This document shows positions 48,710 through 59,054 of a stretch of 64,000 nt of DNA, piece by piece (the stretch's first letter is position 1; every line of letters starts with the position of its first letter). The DNA is from Leptolyngbyaceae cyanobacterium. GTDB taxonomy: Bacteria; Cyanobacteriota; Cyanobacteriia; Phormidesmidales; Phormidesmidaceae. Below the pieces are notes generated by a model. The model made no database searches and was not told the origin of the DNA. It saw nothing but the letters and a program-made list of their open reading frames with translations. The DNA is taken from assembly GCA_050331235.1 (NCBI GenBank), contig JBHJHA010000015.1:39599-103598 (forward strand), written 5' to 3'. Both the position numbers and the translations under genes were made by a program.

Positions 48710-50311
48710 ATGCCCTACACCATTAAAGACGGTTGTGTTGCCTGCGACGTTTGTGAGCCGCAATGCCCCAATGGGGCAATTAAGCCCAGGGAGGAAGCTG
48801 TCGAAGGCTACTGGATCGACCCGACCCTCTGCGATGGTTGCCAGGGGTTAGAGGTGCCCCGCTGTGTCGCAGTCTGTAACGTTGGCTCGCCAACGCTATT
48901 GCAACCCAAAAAAGGTCGCCTGAAAAGTACTTTGCTGCCAGCGGCGATTCCTGACATCTTTTTAGATGGTAAAAATACGCCTTTTGCATCCTCCATGGTG
49001 ATGTGGGAAACCTCCAACCTGTTGGCCCAGCGCCAGACGCTGCCTTGGCAAAGCGACGACCAAGGATTTGCCACCTATTGCCGACCTGTTCGCCGGGGAC
49101 AGGGAGAGCTGCGGTTTCGTTTGGCTGCTTGCCCTGATGACCCCGCCATGGAGCCGATGACCCCCGATGCCGCGAACGAGGCGCTGGCTCATTTTGATTT
49201 GCGAGCGGCTTGCGTGCATTTGATTTTTGCCGCCTATGCCGTGACCTGCGATCGCCCCTGGGAAGAGACCTTTGTGCTCAACGATCAGCATATTGAGAGG
49301 TATCTCGGCTTAGACAAACGTAAAGACCTCACTAAGCTAGACAAACTTACCCTGATCAAAAACCTGGTCAACCAATCCTGTTCTGTATTGGTCGCCGTTG
49401 ACTGGCCGCGACAGGGAAAGGTTCAAGCCTTCACCATTGCCGAACAATTTGTCTGGCATTTGCTCGATATCCAATACTTTTTTGAAGAAGATGCCGAGGG
49501 CTGCCGTCATCTAATTGGCCTCAGCTTTACCTTGCGCGCTGGCCTGTGGGCGAAATCTTTTTTAAACTAGCAGGACTTCCGTCGCCAAAGCGCTTTTTAT
49601 CAATATGGGTCGCTCCCCCAGTCCCTCATCGGCGAGGTGATGAGTAATTGGCAACAGCATGAAGGGGCAATTCGGCTGCTGTTGTGGCTTCTATTTAAGC
49701 TCCGACTCGGCGGCGAGCACCGCATGACTGTTCGTACGCTGTTGCGCATCGCCTATGGAGAAAAGCGGCTACACGAAGCAATGACCGTTCGGGGGGCCCA
49801 CAAGCGCTTGCTCAAAACATTTGAGGGAGATTTAGAAACGCTTTACTACTATGGGCTGCGTCCCCTCTTTGATCCAGAAACATATCCCGTCGAAATTCAA
49901 CCACTGTGGGCACAGGTAGCTGCCATTCCAGAAGATGCTGATGACGCACTAGAGTTTTGGACTGATGATGCCAATCAAGCAAGGAGTCTGACGGATACGG
50001 CACCTCGGGATAAGTGGCAGCGCCTGATCAACGCCCGCCTACTGGGGTTTGCCACGCCCGAGGAGTGGCAGCAGGTCGCCAAGCGCCCTACCAACCGCCG
50101 TCGCCGTCAAGCTCAATCGGCGCTGCAGCCACCGGCAAAACGGTTTTCTGGGGAGATGATCAAAGCTGCCAGAAAGCAGCAAAATCTCACCCAACGAGCT
50201 CTGGCGGAGCAGTTGGGCAAGAGCCAAAGCTGGATTCGCGATATTGAGAAAGGCCGATTTAGCGTCAGCGCTGAAGATCAGGATTTGCTGCGCCAAGTGC
50301 TGGAGATGTGA
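48710..50311 (+). pseudogene. cnfR: CnfR/PatB nif master activator (N-terminal 4Fe-4S ferredoxin, C-terminal XRE HTH); in-frame TAG at 49568-49570
   Basis: MPYTI..CVACDVCEPQCP, FASSMVMWE, YLGLDKRKDL, FLN*QDFRRQSAFYQYG, LTQRALAEQLGKSQSWIRDIEKGR; both halves in frame. Confidence 0.88.
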
Positions 50312-50532
50312 GCAGGCCATGCTGGGCGCGATCGCTTGCTGGCCCAAGTCAGTTTGGTCCGTTGCTGAGCACTGTCCAACGTGGCTCGCATGAACTAACT
50401 GATCGAGGGCTTACACCACTTTAGGCAATAAACGCTATCGGCAGGGGTAGGGTTCCCCTTACTGCTTTCCTTATCAAGGGGAGTGGGGTGCCGGGGGCAG
50501 CTTTAACCGGCTGCGCACTCACCCGATGTGTA

Positions 50533-50645
50533 AGACCAATTCTCTGTAATACCGCTACAGATTTGAAGATCCCCCGCTGTCGCTGCCCCCTTGAAACAGG
50601 GGCTTGGAAGAATCTATGGGTAGTCGTGATTCGCAGAAACAGGAT
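50533..50645. repeat. 113-bp MITE-like dispersed repeat
   Basis: AGACCAATTCTCTGTAATACCGCTACAGATTTG...GATTCGCAGAAACAGGAT; colinear with 40714-40826. Confidence 0.75.
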
Positions 50646-51000
50646 AAGTCCTATAGTCCTTGGGGGCAGAGCGAGTAATCCTTGGGGCCAGAGCGCGGGC
50701 CACAGTTAGGTCTAGACCGCTCCAATCGTAGGCCCACCCCAAAACTGAAATAAAGATGAAGCAGGCAGAGGCATCCTCTCCGGGCTTTCCTTGTCGAGTT
50801 GTCAAGAGATTGGGTTATTCGGCGAAGGGGTTGGATGATCGAGAAAAATAGTCGCGTCCTGATGCTTGAGAAATTCGCAATAGTCGGCCAGATTATCCAT
50901 CTCGATGTAGCCCAGGGTGATTTCAGCAAAGATCCAAAAACATCCCTCACAAGATGAGTCGTCGCAGGCGGACTTTCATGGCGGTGACCTCATATATGGA

Positions 51001-51555
51001 CTACGCACACGCCTGCTGTAACCCCCGCATGTGGTCAAACAGTTGCCAGCAATAGGCTTCTGGTAACTGGCAGGTGATAGCCCCCCGTAACACCACGTTG
51101 AAATACCAGTCGTTAGGCGGGATTTCGACGGGCGTTTTTTGCACGACGGCGTAGGTTCTAACGCCAACGTACTGTTGCATCGCGGTTTGAATCGCCACCT
51201 GCTCGTGGCGATAATCGCCTCGGTGTACTCCTTCTCGGGCATCTAAGCGATCGCTTAGGTGCCACGGCAGTCGATAGAGCACCCCGTGGACTTCGCTGGT
51301 TGGATCCGGCAAGATATCCAACGCTCCACATTGCCGTTGGGTGGAGTAGTAGTGAAATCCAAGGCGGTGACCTTTGAGCACGGCTGGCCCGACGACATAA
51401 GGGTGAGTGTTTTCGCCCAGCGATCGCTTCAGGTCAACGGGGCACATGCAGGATCCATAGGCAAAGTAGAAAAACCCGGCAGGATCGTCTGGGGACAACT
51501 TGGCAACGGGTTGCCGAGTCGGTAGAGCCGTACAGCTGGGGGCGAGGGACAGCAT
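51001..51555 (-). CDS. Gamma-glutamylcyclotransferase family protein
   Basis: YFAYGSCM, VHGVLY, LDAREG. Confidence 0.85.
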   Translation of the reverse strand: MLSLAPSCTALPTRQPVAKLSPDDPAGFFYFAYGSCMCPVDLKRSLGENTHPYVVGPAVLKGHRLGFHYYSTQRQCGALDILPDPTSEVHGVLYRLPWHLSDRLDAREGVHRGDYRHEQVAIQTAMQQYVGVRTYAVVQKTPVEIPPNDWYFNVVLRGAITCQLPEAYCWQLFDHMRGLQQACA

Positions 51556-51566
51556 AATAAATCAGG

Positions 51567-52199
51567 CTATGCGTGGGGCGCATCAGGTGAACAAAAATGC
51601 TCCTCAATCAATGCGGTCAGATCCTTCGCATTGACATTTTTGTAGCAATATTTGCCCGGCATGATAGTGAGATTAGGCGCTTGGGAGCAGCGCTTTTGAC
51701 AGCCGGTAGGCTGAATTTCGACCTGATCTTGCAGCTGATAAGTATGCAAGACCTGCTCTAGCGCCGCAACGATTTGGCGACCGCCGCGTTTTTGGCAGCC
51801 TGACTTGCGGCAGATCAAAATTTTGGAGCGTTTTGTTGCTGCTGTGGCGATCGCCGGCTGGCTGGGGATCGGCGGTGGTAAGGCAGTCACCGCATCGGAC
51901 GCCACCGATGTGGGGGCGGGCGGCAGCGCAAAAATTTGATAGGCTCTGAGCTTGATGACACCAGCCTTGAAATCAACTTGACTGCTGCCGATACAGCGCA
52001 GGCGATCGCCCATCTTGAAGGTGGATCGGGCATAGCCTCGCAGTTCTTTTGGCAGCTTGATGGCCATTTGCTCTTGCTCAACTTCGAGAATGAGCGATTT
52101 GGGTTTGTGCTCGTCGTTGCCCAGGAATCCGAGAAAAGTACCTTCTAAGACAAACATGCGAGGGAGCAGTGGGGGAGGGGTAGCCATGGTGATCACCAA
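51567..52199 (-). CDS. Thioredoxin-like [2Fe-2S] ferredoxin domain protein
   Basis: ILICRKSGCQKRG...TGCQKRCSQAPN. Confidence 0.82.
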   Translation of the reverse strand: MVITMATPPPLLPRMFVLEGTFLGFLGNDEHKPKSLILEVEQEQMAIKLPKELRGYARSTFKMGDRLRCIGSSQVDFKAGVIKLRAYQIFALPPAPTSVASDAVTALPPPIPSQPAIATAATKRSKILICRKSGCQKRGGRQIVAALEQVLHTYQLQDQVEIQPTGCQKRCSQAPNLTIMPGKYCYKNVNAKDLTALIEEHFCSPDAPHA

Positions 52200-52228
52200 G
52201 TAAATGGCCAGTGTGTGGAGGGCGGCAG

Positions 52229-52432
52229 CTAGTTTAAGCGTTTGGCATTGACGGTTTTAGGGAGTTGCAGCGGTTCTGCCAGCCCAGAAATGGCCAGCTC
52301 CCAGCCGTTTTCGAGGGTGACGAGGGTCGTATCGCCCTCGCGACTCTGCTCAACGACGTGCTCTTCTAAATCTTTTTTGGGGACGTAAACCATTAAGGTG
52401 CCGTCTTCGCCGTTGTGGAGCATCACTTTCAT
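52229..52432 (-). CDS. nifT: NifT/FixU
   Basis: MKVML...YVPKKDLEE...TLENGW...LPKTVNAK. Confidence 0.9.
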   Translation of the reverse strand: MKVMLHNGEDGTLMVYVPKKDLEEHVVEQSREGDTTLVTLENGWELAISGLAEPLQLPKTVNAKRLN

Positions 52433-52514
52433 AGCAGCATGTCCTTTCAATAGATGAGGGTGAATGGAGTAGACAAAGGCGAAAGCAGGGCGATCGCACG
52501 GTGCTGATTAGGTC

Positions 52515-53654
52515 TCAACAGTTGGCTGATAGGGCGGTGTCAGTGGTCAAGGTGAGCACCTCATCGGGGGTCAGATTACGCTTGAGCTGGGTGGAATAGT
52601 TGCGCACGGCATTGAGCACCGCTTGTCCCCGTACGGCATCTAGCTGAATGCCATAGGTTTGCAATACTTGATTGAGCGCACTCCGTCCGGAGTGCTTGCC
52701 GATCACCAATTGGCGCTGCCAGCCCACTTCTTTGGGATCGAACGGCTCATAGGTACGCGGATTTTGTAAAATGCCGTGGGCATGAATGCCGGACTCATGG
52801 GCAAAGGTGTTTTCACCGACGATCGCCTTCCAAGGGGGGACCGGGCAATCTACCGTCTTCGCGATGAAGCGTGATAGTTCCAAAAAGTGTTGGGTTTGTA
52901 CGCCGGTTTTGATTCCATAAACTTGCTTGAGGGTCATGACCACCTCTTCGAGGGCGGCGTTACCCGCCCGCTCACCCAAGCCGTTGACTGTGGTGTTGAC
53001 CGAGGTCGCCCCAGCCCGGATGCCGGCTAAGGCATTGGCCGTTGCTAAGCCCAGATCGTTGTGGGTGTGCATTTCTACGGGAATGTCGAGGGCTGATACG
53101 AGCTTTTGCACCTTCTCAAATGTGAGGAAGGGATCGAGAATGCCCACCGTGTCGCAAAACCGAAAGCGAAACGCGCCCCATTCCTGCGCAAACTGAGCCG
53201 CATCTAACAAAAAGGTTTCGTCTGCCCGAGAACTATCCTCGCCCCCGACACTAACTTCGAGGCCGTGATCAACGGCAAAGTTGATGGCATCCCGCAGTTG
53301 CTCCAGCATGCGGGCCCAGCGCCCTTGAAACTTGACGCTGATTTGAATGTCGGACACGGGGATGGAAATATGAACCCGCCTGAGACCGCAATGTAAGGAG
53401 GCTTGGATATCGGCCAGAACAGCCCGGTTCCACCCCAATAGCTGGGCATTGAGGCCCAAATCAGCGATCGCCCGAATGGCTGTGGCCTCAGCTTGACCCA
53501 TGGCGGGGATGCCGACTTCGAGTTCTGGGACGCCAATGGCATCGAGAAATTTGGCGATCGCGATCTTGTCCTCAATGCCAAAGGCTACTCCGGCAGCCTG
53601 TTCACCATCGCGGAGGGTGGTGTCGTTGATATAAATCGGTGGTGGAGTTGTCAT
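52515..53654 (-). CDS. nifV: Homocitrate synthase
   Basis: INDTTLRDGEQAAG, GGEDSSRA, MHTHNDLG, GLGERAGNA, FAHESGIH; nif context. Confidence 0.93.
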   Translation of the reverse strand: MTTPPPIYINDTTLRDGEQAAGVAFGIEDKIAIAKFLDAIGVPELEVGIPAMGQAEATAIRAIADLGLNAQLLGWNRAVLADIQASLHCGLRRVHISIPVSDIQISVKFQGRWARMLEQLRDAINFAVDHGLEVSVGGEDSSRADETFLLDAAQFAQEWGAFRFRFCDTVGILDPFLTFEKVQKLVSALDIPVEMHTHNDLGLATANALAGIRAGATSVNTTVNGLGERAGNAALEEVVMTLKQVYGIKTGVQTQHFLELSRFIAKTVDCPVPPWKAIVGENTFAHESGIHAHGILQNPRTYEPFDPKEVGWQRQLVIGKHSGRSALNQVLQTYGIQLDAVRGQAVLNAVRNYSTQLKRNLTPDEVLTLTTDTALSANC

Positions 53655-53723
53655 CAATGCCTCCAGAAGATAAGGGGGATGAGCGATCGTTACAGCGGTG
53701 GGCACCACTGACCCAGCGGCCAG

Positions 53724-53969
53724 TCAGTTCAAATTTGCCTCAGAGCCTGGCGGAGAAGGCTCTGAACTTGCCTGCTCAAAGGTTTTGAGATCAGCGTCGA
53801 TCAGGCGGTTGAGAAACTGTTGCTGGACCCAGGCAAACATAAAAATGAAGCTAACGATAATCAGAGAGCTAAGCATCAGACGGAGACTCCTGAGCGAAGG
53901 GGGCAAGCGGCGGGCGAGGTAGTCAACAAGGGAAGGAGTGGGCTGGAGAGTTCGGAGCCGGTAGATCAA
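53724..53969 (-). CDS. Small hypothetical protein (possibly DUF2949-like)
   Basis: Occupies the dpsA-nifV slot seen in Leptolyngbya-type nif clusters; weak similarity. Confidence 0.35.
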   Translation of the reverse strand: MIYRLRTLQPTPSLVDYLARRLPPSLRSLRLMLSSLIIVSFIFMFAWVQQQFLNRLIDADLKTFEQASSEPSPPGSEANLN

Positions 53970-54038
53970 CTTGCACTAGGTAAGCCTTATGGCTAGACCC
54001 CAATTGCGAGCGCCAAACTCTCGGTGGCGGCCTTGGGC

Positions 54039-54578
54039 CTAGTGGATAAAGGCCAGCGTCAAGCTGTCTTCAGTTAAGAAGTGGTCAAGGTGGAAGGCGC
54101 GGTCTTCGGTTTTGAGTAAAAACTGCTCATACAGATAGCGGGTGGCGCGATCGCCCATGCTTTCTGCCTGCCCGGCTAATCGACGCAGCAGAGCAACAAT
54201 GGCCTGTTCCGCCACCAGGTCGTTTTCAATCATTTGCCGACAGGTGTAGGCCCCGTCGGATTCAGGGGTGAAACAGCAAAGCTCTGACAGGGTGGCAAAG
54301 GCGGCGGCTGGTACGCCGCCAAGCCCATTTAAGCGTTCAGCGACATCGTGGGCGTGGCCTTGGGTGGCGTCATAGGATTCTTGAAAGAATTCGTGAATCG
54401 AGTAAAACTCGGCCCCTTCGACCACAAAGTGATGCTTTTGATATTGCAAATAGAGCGCTTGAAAGCTGGCGTATACCAAGTTCAAACCTTCGCAAACAAT
54501 CGTGGTGACATCATGGTCAAACCCGACGGGGTTGCTACCCACTTCACCAAACGCGCGGACAAGATTTTGGGTGGTCAT
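54039..54578 (-). CDS. dpsA: Dps family ferritin-like protein
   Basis: [33 protein letters not shown]. Confidence 0.9.
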   Translation of the reverse strand: MTTQNLVRAFGEVGSNPVGFDHDVTTIVCEGLNLVYASFQALYLQYQKHHFVVEGAEFYSIHEFFQESYDATQGHAHDVAERLNGLGGVPAAAFATLSELCCFTPESDGAYTCRQMIENDLVAEQAIVALLRRLAGQAESMGDRATRYLYEQFLLKTEDRAFHLDHFLTEDSLTLAFIH

Positions 54579-54634
54579 ACATTTACTCCGATCATGAATA
54601 GAAGGACAGCGATGCGGTTGAGAAATTTACGCCT

Positions 54635-54904
54635 TTAGTGATCTGCTTTGGCAAGTACTTGGGTAGTCCAGCAGCGCTCTAACCAATCCAGGTCTTCTTG
54701 GCGAGAGGTGAGAAATTGTCGAATCGTGCTGCGAACTAGAACTAAATCGGTGGCATTGTTGACCTGGACCCATAACGTACCGTCGGCGGGACAAAGACTG
54801 GCAATATCCAGTTCTTGTAAACGGCGGTGAATCGACCAGCGATCGCTCCGATTGACTGACACAACAAGCCCCCAAATGGGGGTGGCGGACACAAGATTAT
54901 TCAT
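54635..54904 (-). CDS. Asr1405/Asl0597 family protein
   Basis: DRWSIHRRLQELDI.S.C...DWLERCW. Confidence 0.78.
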   Translation of the reverse strand: MNNLVSATPIWGLVVSVNRSDRWSIHRRLQELDIASLCPADGTLWVQVNNATDLVLVRSTIRQFLTSRQEDLDWLERCWTTQVLAKADH

Positions 54905-55632
54905 CGGTTGTAAGTTCCAGAGAGAGGAGTCGGTTGAGAATGAGAAAGCCTCTGCACTTCGGCTTCCAAGGTTTCCATGCGATCGATCAATGTTCGGAGG
55001 ACTTTGGCCTGGGCATCGGGTAGTTGAGCATGATCGAGTGGAGACGCGGTGGTGTTACAGCGGCAAACATTGCGATTGGGCACTCCGACCGCGGTACAGT
55101 GAGCTGGGACACTCTTTAACACCACTGAGCCAGCACCGACCCGGGCGTAGTCGCCGACAGCAATATTGCCGAGAATTTTGGCCCCAGTGCCGATGACCAC
55201 TCGACAGCCAATGGTGGGATGGCGCTTGCCTGTTTCTTTGCCGGTGCCCCCCAGGGTGACGCCTTGGTAGATCAGGGTGTAGTCACCGACAATAGCGGTT
55301 TCACCAATCACAACGCCCATGCCGTGGTCGATAAATACGCCCCTGCCAAGCTGAGCGCCAGGATGAATTTCAATGCCGGTGGCAAATCGGGCGAGATGGG
55401 AAATGAAGCGAGGGAAAAAGCTGATTTGCCGATTGTTTAGCCAGTGGGCTAAACGATGGGCGGCGATCGCATGTAAGCCGGGATAGCAGCAGATCACTTC
55501 GAACCAGTGCCGGGCAGCGGGGTCCCGCTCAAAGATGATAGTGAAATCTTCGACCAGCGGTAGTTGCTGACTTAGGACGGCAAAGCGCGATCGCCAACGT
55601 TGAATAGATAAGGGTTGCAGAGAAAGGCACAT
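54901..55632 (-). CDS. nifP: Serine O-acetyltransferase (nif-associated)
   Basis: ERDPAA, TGIEIHPGA, FIDHGMGVVIGET, GKRHPT. Confidence 0.9.
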   Translation of the reverse strand: MCLSLQPLSIQRWRSRFAVLSQQLPLVEDFTIIFERDPAARHWFEVICCYPGLHAIAAHRLAHWLNNRQISFFPRFISHLARFATGIEIHPGAQLGRGVFIDHGMGVVIGETAIVGDYTLIYQGVTLGGTGKETGKRHPTIGCRVVIGTGAKILGNIAVGDYARVGAGSVVLKSVPAHCTAVGVPNRNVCRCNTTASPLDHAQLPDAQAKVLRTLIDRMETLEAEVQRLSHSQPTPLSGTYNR

Positions 55633-55728
55633 GGCTCGGGTGGGGCTGTGTTTCCCTGCTTATAGCAATGGCAAATTTGATAGCGCGATCGCTAAGTTCG
55701 CATCCAGATTTACTAGAAGTATTAACCC

Positions 55729-56510
55729 TGTACTCAACTGCTGAAACGCTTAATATCTCTAGAAATCTATTTTTCTAGGGGGGCGGGGGTTGAGTATTTG
55801 AGTGCCTAGGTGCCGGTATTTTTGCTAGGCGGGACATGTATTGTGCACTCAGGGCAAGCCCTGACGGAGCAACTATTAGAGTGGATTTGTCCCATGATTA
55901 AGAACTACCGACTGGATGTACTCAAGGTACGAATTCTCCATCGTCGTTTCATAGATCTCAAATAAAACTGTAGCAGTCATAGCAAAAATGTCTGTGTTTA
56001 ATTCAGCATTCCTTAACACATCAAAACGAGTCCATGTCATCTTGGGGGTCTCCTCCAACTCGCGGCAAACCTAGAGGCAGTGGCGTGGTTTCGATATTAG
56101 TCTGGTCGACATTTCTAACACTTCGATGGAGAAAGTCCATTGGCCTAAGCCCAACCCAGACGGCCTCGCTCAACGCTGATTTACATTCTTTAATACATGA
56201 ATGGTTAATTTGACTACTAATTAATAGAAGCGATCGAAAAGTGGGATACAAAACTGACTGATGCACTTTTTGAGCGACAGTGATTTTTGTAGCAGATATA
56301 GCTAAATGTCGAGGTTTGAGTACTCAAAAGTTGCCCTTGAAAAATTGCGTTAATGGCCGTCAATGACTTGCCTGCTCTGCGATTGGGTTGAGTACATAAA
56401 CACCGGACTCACCTAAGAAAAAACAAGCGCACTGTCGATTAAATACTCGTGCCCTACCCTTTGAGGAAAATTGAGGGTCCTCAAGGCAAGGTCTCTGGCG
56501 GTTGAGTGCA
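55729..56510. promoter_or_regulatory. Divergent nifP/nifB promoter region with repeated TGAGT(A/G)C motifs (probable CnfR sites)
   Basis: TGTACTCA 55729 and 55917, TGAGTAT 55791, TGAGTGC 55799, TGCACTCA 55844, TTTGAGTACTCAAA 56315, TGAGTACA 56389, TGAGTGCA 56503. Confidence 0.72.
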
Positions 56511-57075
56511 TGGTTAATAACTCAATAAACCCTATCGCGATCGCCCCCTGAGCTGGTTTCACCCCCGCTGCTATAACTCTTCCAACGCCAAACGACGAGT
56601 CTTTCAAGAACTCCCAACGGACAAAGTCACGGCAGTCATCGTCAAACTTCAGCTCAGTTAGAGCCCAATAAAAAGATTACGACGATGGTTTCCACGGCTT
56701 GCTCAGTTGCTTTGTTCTGGCCTTAGCAATTTCAGGCGTATCCACCCAAATCTGAGGGCCCTGGTGAGTCTTCCGTAAGATTCCAAGCGCCTCTCCCAAC
56801 CGTACACCGTGGAAATTGCTGGCCATCGATTAAGACTTGCATTGGATGCTTCAACACACTCTCTTAGACCCCATATCGACGTTGCATTGCCCCGCATCTC
56901 TATCTCAGTTCCCTGGTTCTCAACCCCGGTGAACAGCCCATCTGTGCTTACAGACCTGCCCGATGCTGCGGTGCAACGTCTCTCTTTTTTGGGGAGTTCT
57001 CAGAGCGCGATCGCAAGTATCTTGGCATCCTCATCTCCCTAGTGCTCTCCGTCCTTTTCACACTTCTGCAAACCC

Positions 57076-58557
57076 ATGACGCCACCGCCACCCTCTGCCC
57101 TTGCTTCTGCGCCTACTGCGACGCCCGAGCTGGACATCACCTTAACCAAAACCCAAACCAAGGTGAAAAAGTCTGGCGGCGGCTGTGGCTGTAGCACTAA
57201 AAAGGCTGCCGCCCCCGCCATCAGCGAATCGATGCAATCCCGGATCGAAAAGCATCCCTGCTACAGCGAAGAGGCTCACCACCACTATGCCCGCATGCAC
57301 GTTGCGGTCGCCCCCGCCTGCAACATTCAGTGCAACTACTGCAACCGTAAATACGACTGCGCCAACGAAAGCCGCCCCGGCGTCGTCAGCGAACTGCTCA
57401 CCCCCGAAGAAGCCGCTCACAAGGTGCTGGTGGTCGCCGGCAAGATTCCGCAAATGACGGTGCTGGGCATTGCCGGACCCGGTGATCCGCTGGCAAATCC
57501 CGAAAAAACCTTCCGCACCTTTGAGCTGATTGCAGAACAGGCCCCAGACATCAAGCTCTGCCTTTCGACCAATGGCTTGATGCTACCCGACTATGTCGAT
57601 TGCATCAAAGCCCTCAATGTGGATCACGTCACCATCACCATCAATATGGTGGACCCGGCTGTGGGCGAAAAGATTTATCCCTGGGTGCACTATCGTCGCC
57701 GCCGGTATCGGGGCATCGATGGCGTCAAAATCCTCCATGAGCGACAGATGGAAGGTTTGGAAGCCCTGCAAAAGGCCGACATCCTCTGCAAAGTGAACTC
57801 AGTCCTCATTCCGGGTGTGAACGATGAGCACATGCCGGAAGTGAATGCCGCCATTCGAGAGCGGGGGGCTTTCCTGCACAACATCATGCCCCTAATCTCG
57901 GCCCCGGAGCACGGTACGTACTTTGGCTTGAACGGTCAGCGCGGCCCCAATCCCAAGGAGTTGAAGACCGTTCAAGACAAGTGCTCCGGCAATATGAAGA
58001 TGATGCGCCACTGCCGCCAGTGCCGCGCCGACGCCGTGGGCCTCTTGGGTGAAGATCGCAGCCAAGAATTCACCAAAGAGAAGTTCATGGAGATGTCGTC
58101 GGACTACAGCCTGGAATCGCGGCAGGCCGTGCACATCGGCATCGAGCAAAACCGCGCTGCCGTGGCTGAAAAGAAAGCCGCGGCGAAAGCCGAAAAAGCA
58201 GCGAAAGCCGATAGTCCTAAAGTTCTAGTCGCTGTCGCGACGAAAGGTGGCGGCTTAGTAAATCAGCACTTCGGTCATGCCAAGGAATTCATGATTTACG
58301 AAGTGGATGCCACCGAAGCGAAGTTCATCGGCCACCGCAAAGTGGCGGACTACTGCCAGGGCGGCTACGGCGAAGAAGCGGCCCTCGCAGGCATCATCAA
58401 CACCGTTTCTGACTGTAAGGCGGTGCTGGCTGCAAAAGTCGGCCCTTGCCCGCAAAAAGAGCTGAAGCAAGCCGGCCTAACGGTAGTCGAAGCTTACGAC
58501 GTGATCGAAACTGTGGCTCGCCATTTCTACGACGAGCACGTGTTGACCACCGCGTAA
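57076..58557 (+). CDS. nifB: FeMo-cofactor biosynthesis radical SAM protein
   Basis: [32 protein letters not shown]-terminal NifX-like QHFGHA. Confidence 0.97.
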   Translation: MTPPPPSALASAPTATPELDITLTKTQTKVKKSGGGCGCSTKKAAAPAISESMQSRIEKHPCYSEEAHHHYARMHVAVAPACNIQCNYCNRKYDCANESRPGVVSELLTPEEAAHKVLVVAGKIPQMTVLGIAGPGDPLANPEKTFRTFELIAEQAPDIKLCLSTNGLMLPDYVDCIKALNVDHVTITINMVDPAVGEKIYPWVHYRRRRYRGIDGVKILHERQMEGLEALQKADILCKVNSVLIPGVNDEHMPEVNAAIRERGAFLHNIMPLISAPEHGTYFGLNGQRGPNPKELKTVQDKCSGNMKMMRHCRQCRADAVGLLGEDRSQEFTKEKFMEMSSDYSLESRQAVHIGIEQNRAAVAEKKAAAKAEKAAKADSPKVLVAVATKGGGLVNQHFGHAKEFMIYEVDATEAKFIGHRKVADYCQGGYGEEAALAGIINTVSDCKAVLAAKVGPCPQKELKQAGLTVVEAYDVIETVARHFYDEHVLTTA

Positions 58558-58565
58558 CCCTGTGC

Positions 58566-58585
58566 GGCGCACAGCCGTGCGCCCC
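58566..58585. repeat. REP-like palindrome
   Basis: GGCGCAC-agcc-GTGCGCC; same as the element at 63972. Confidence 0.65.
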
Positions 58586-58610
58586 GATACCCACTACGAG
58601 GAACCCAGCC

Positions 58611-58991
58611 ATGACTTACACCATCACGAGCGAATGCATCCGCTGTCAGCGCTGTCTCACTGCTTGCCCCGCCCAAGCGATCGCCACTAACGGCACCACC
58701 TTTTGGATTGAGAGCGATCGCTGTAACCAGTGCGAAGGCACTCACGGGGTTCCTCAATGTTGGGCGGTGTGCCCCACCAACGAAGGCTGTGTCCCGCTGG
58801 CCAGTGGAGCCGTTGCTGTGCCCCTCAGCTCTGGCTCCGAGACCTCACCCGACTACTGGGAGTCGTGGTTTGCCAAGTACACCCGCATGGTCGGGCGTCT
58901 CCAAGATACCCAGCAGTCCCCTTACTGGCAGCAATGGTTTGACGTTTACTCCCGGTCGATCCAGCAGTTACAGACCCAAACCAGTTTTTAG
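58611..58991 (+). CDS. fdxN: nif 4Fe-4S ferredoxin
   Basis: MTYTITSECIRCQRCLTACP...CNQC...QCWAVCP; YWESWFAKY tail; GAGGA RBS. Confidence 0.9.
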   Translation: MTYTITSECIRCQRCLTACPAQAIATNGTTFWIESDRCNQCEGTHGVPQCWAVCPTNEGCVPLASGAVAVPLSSGSETSPDYWESWFAKYTRMVGRLQDTQQSPYWQQWFDVYSRSIQQLQTQTSF

Positions 58992-59054
58992 AACTCGTAG
59001 AGACACCCTCCCCCTGTACTCCCCTAACCCCTTACCTATCGCGGAGATGACGAG

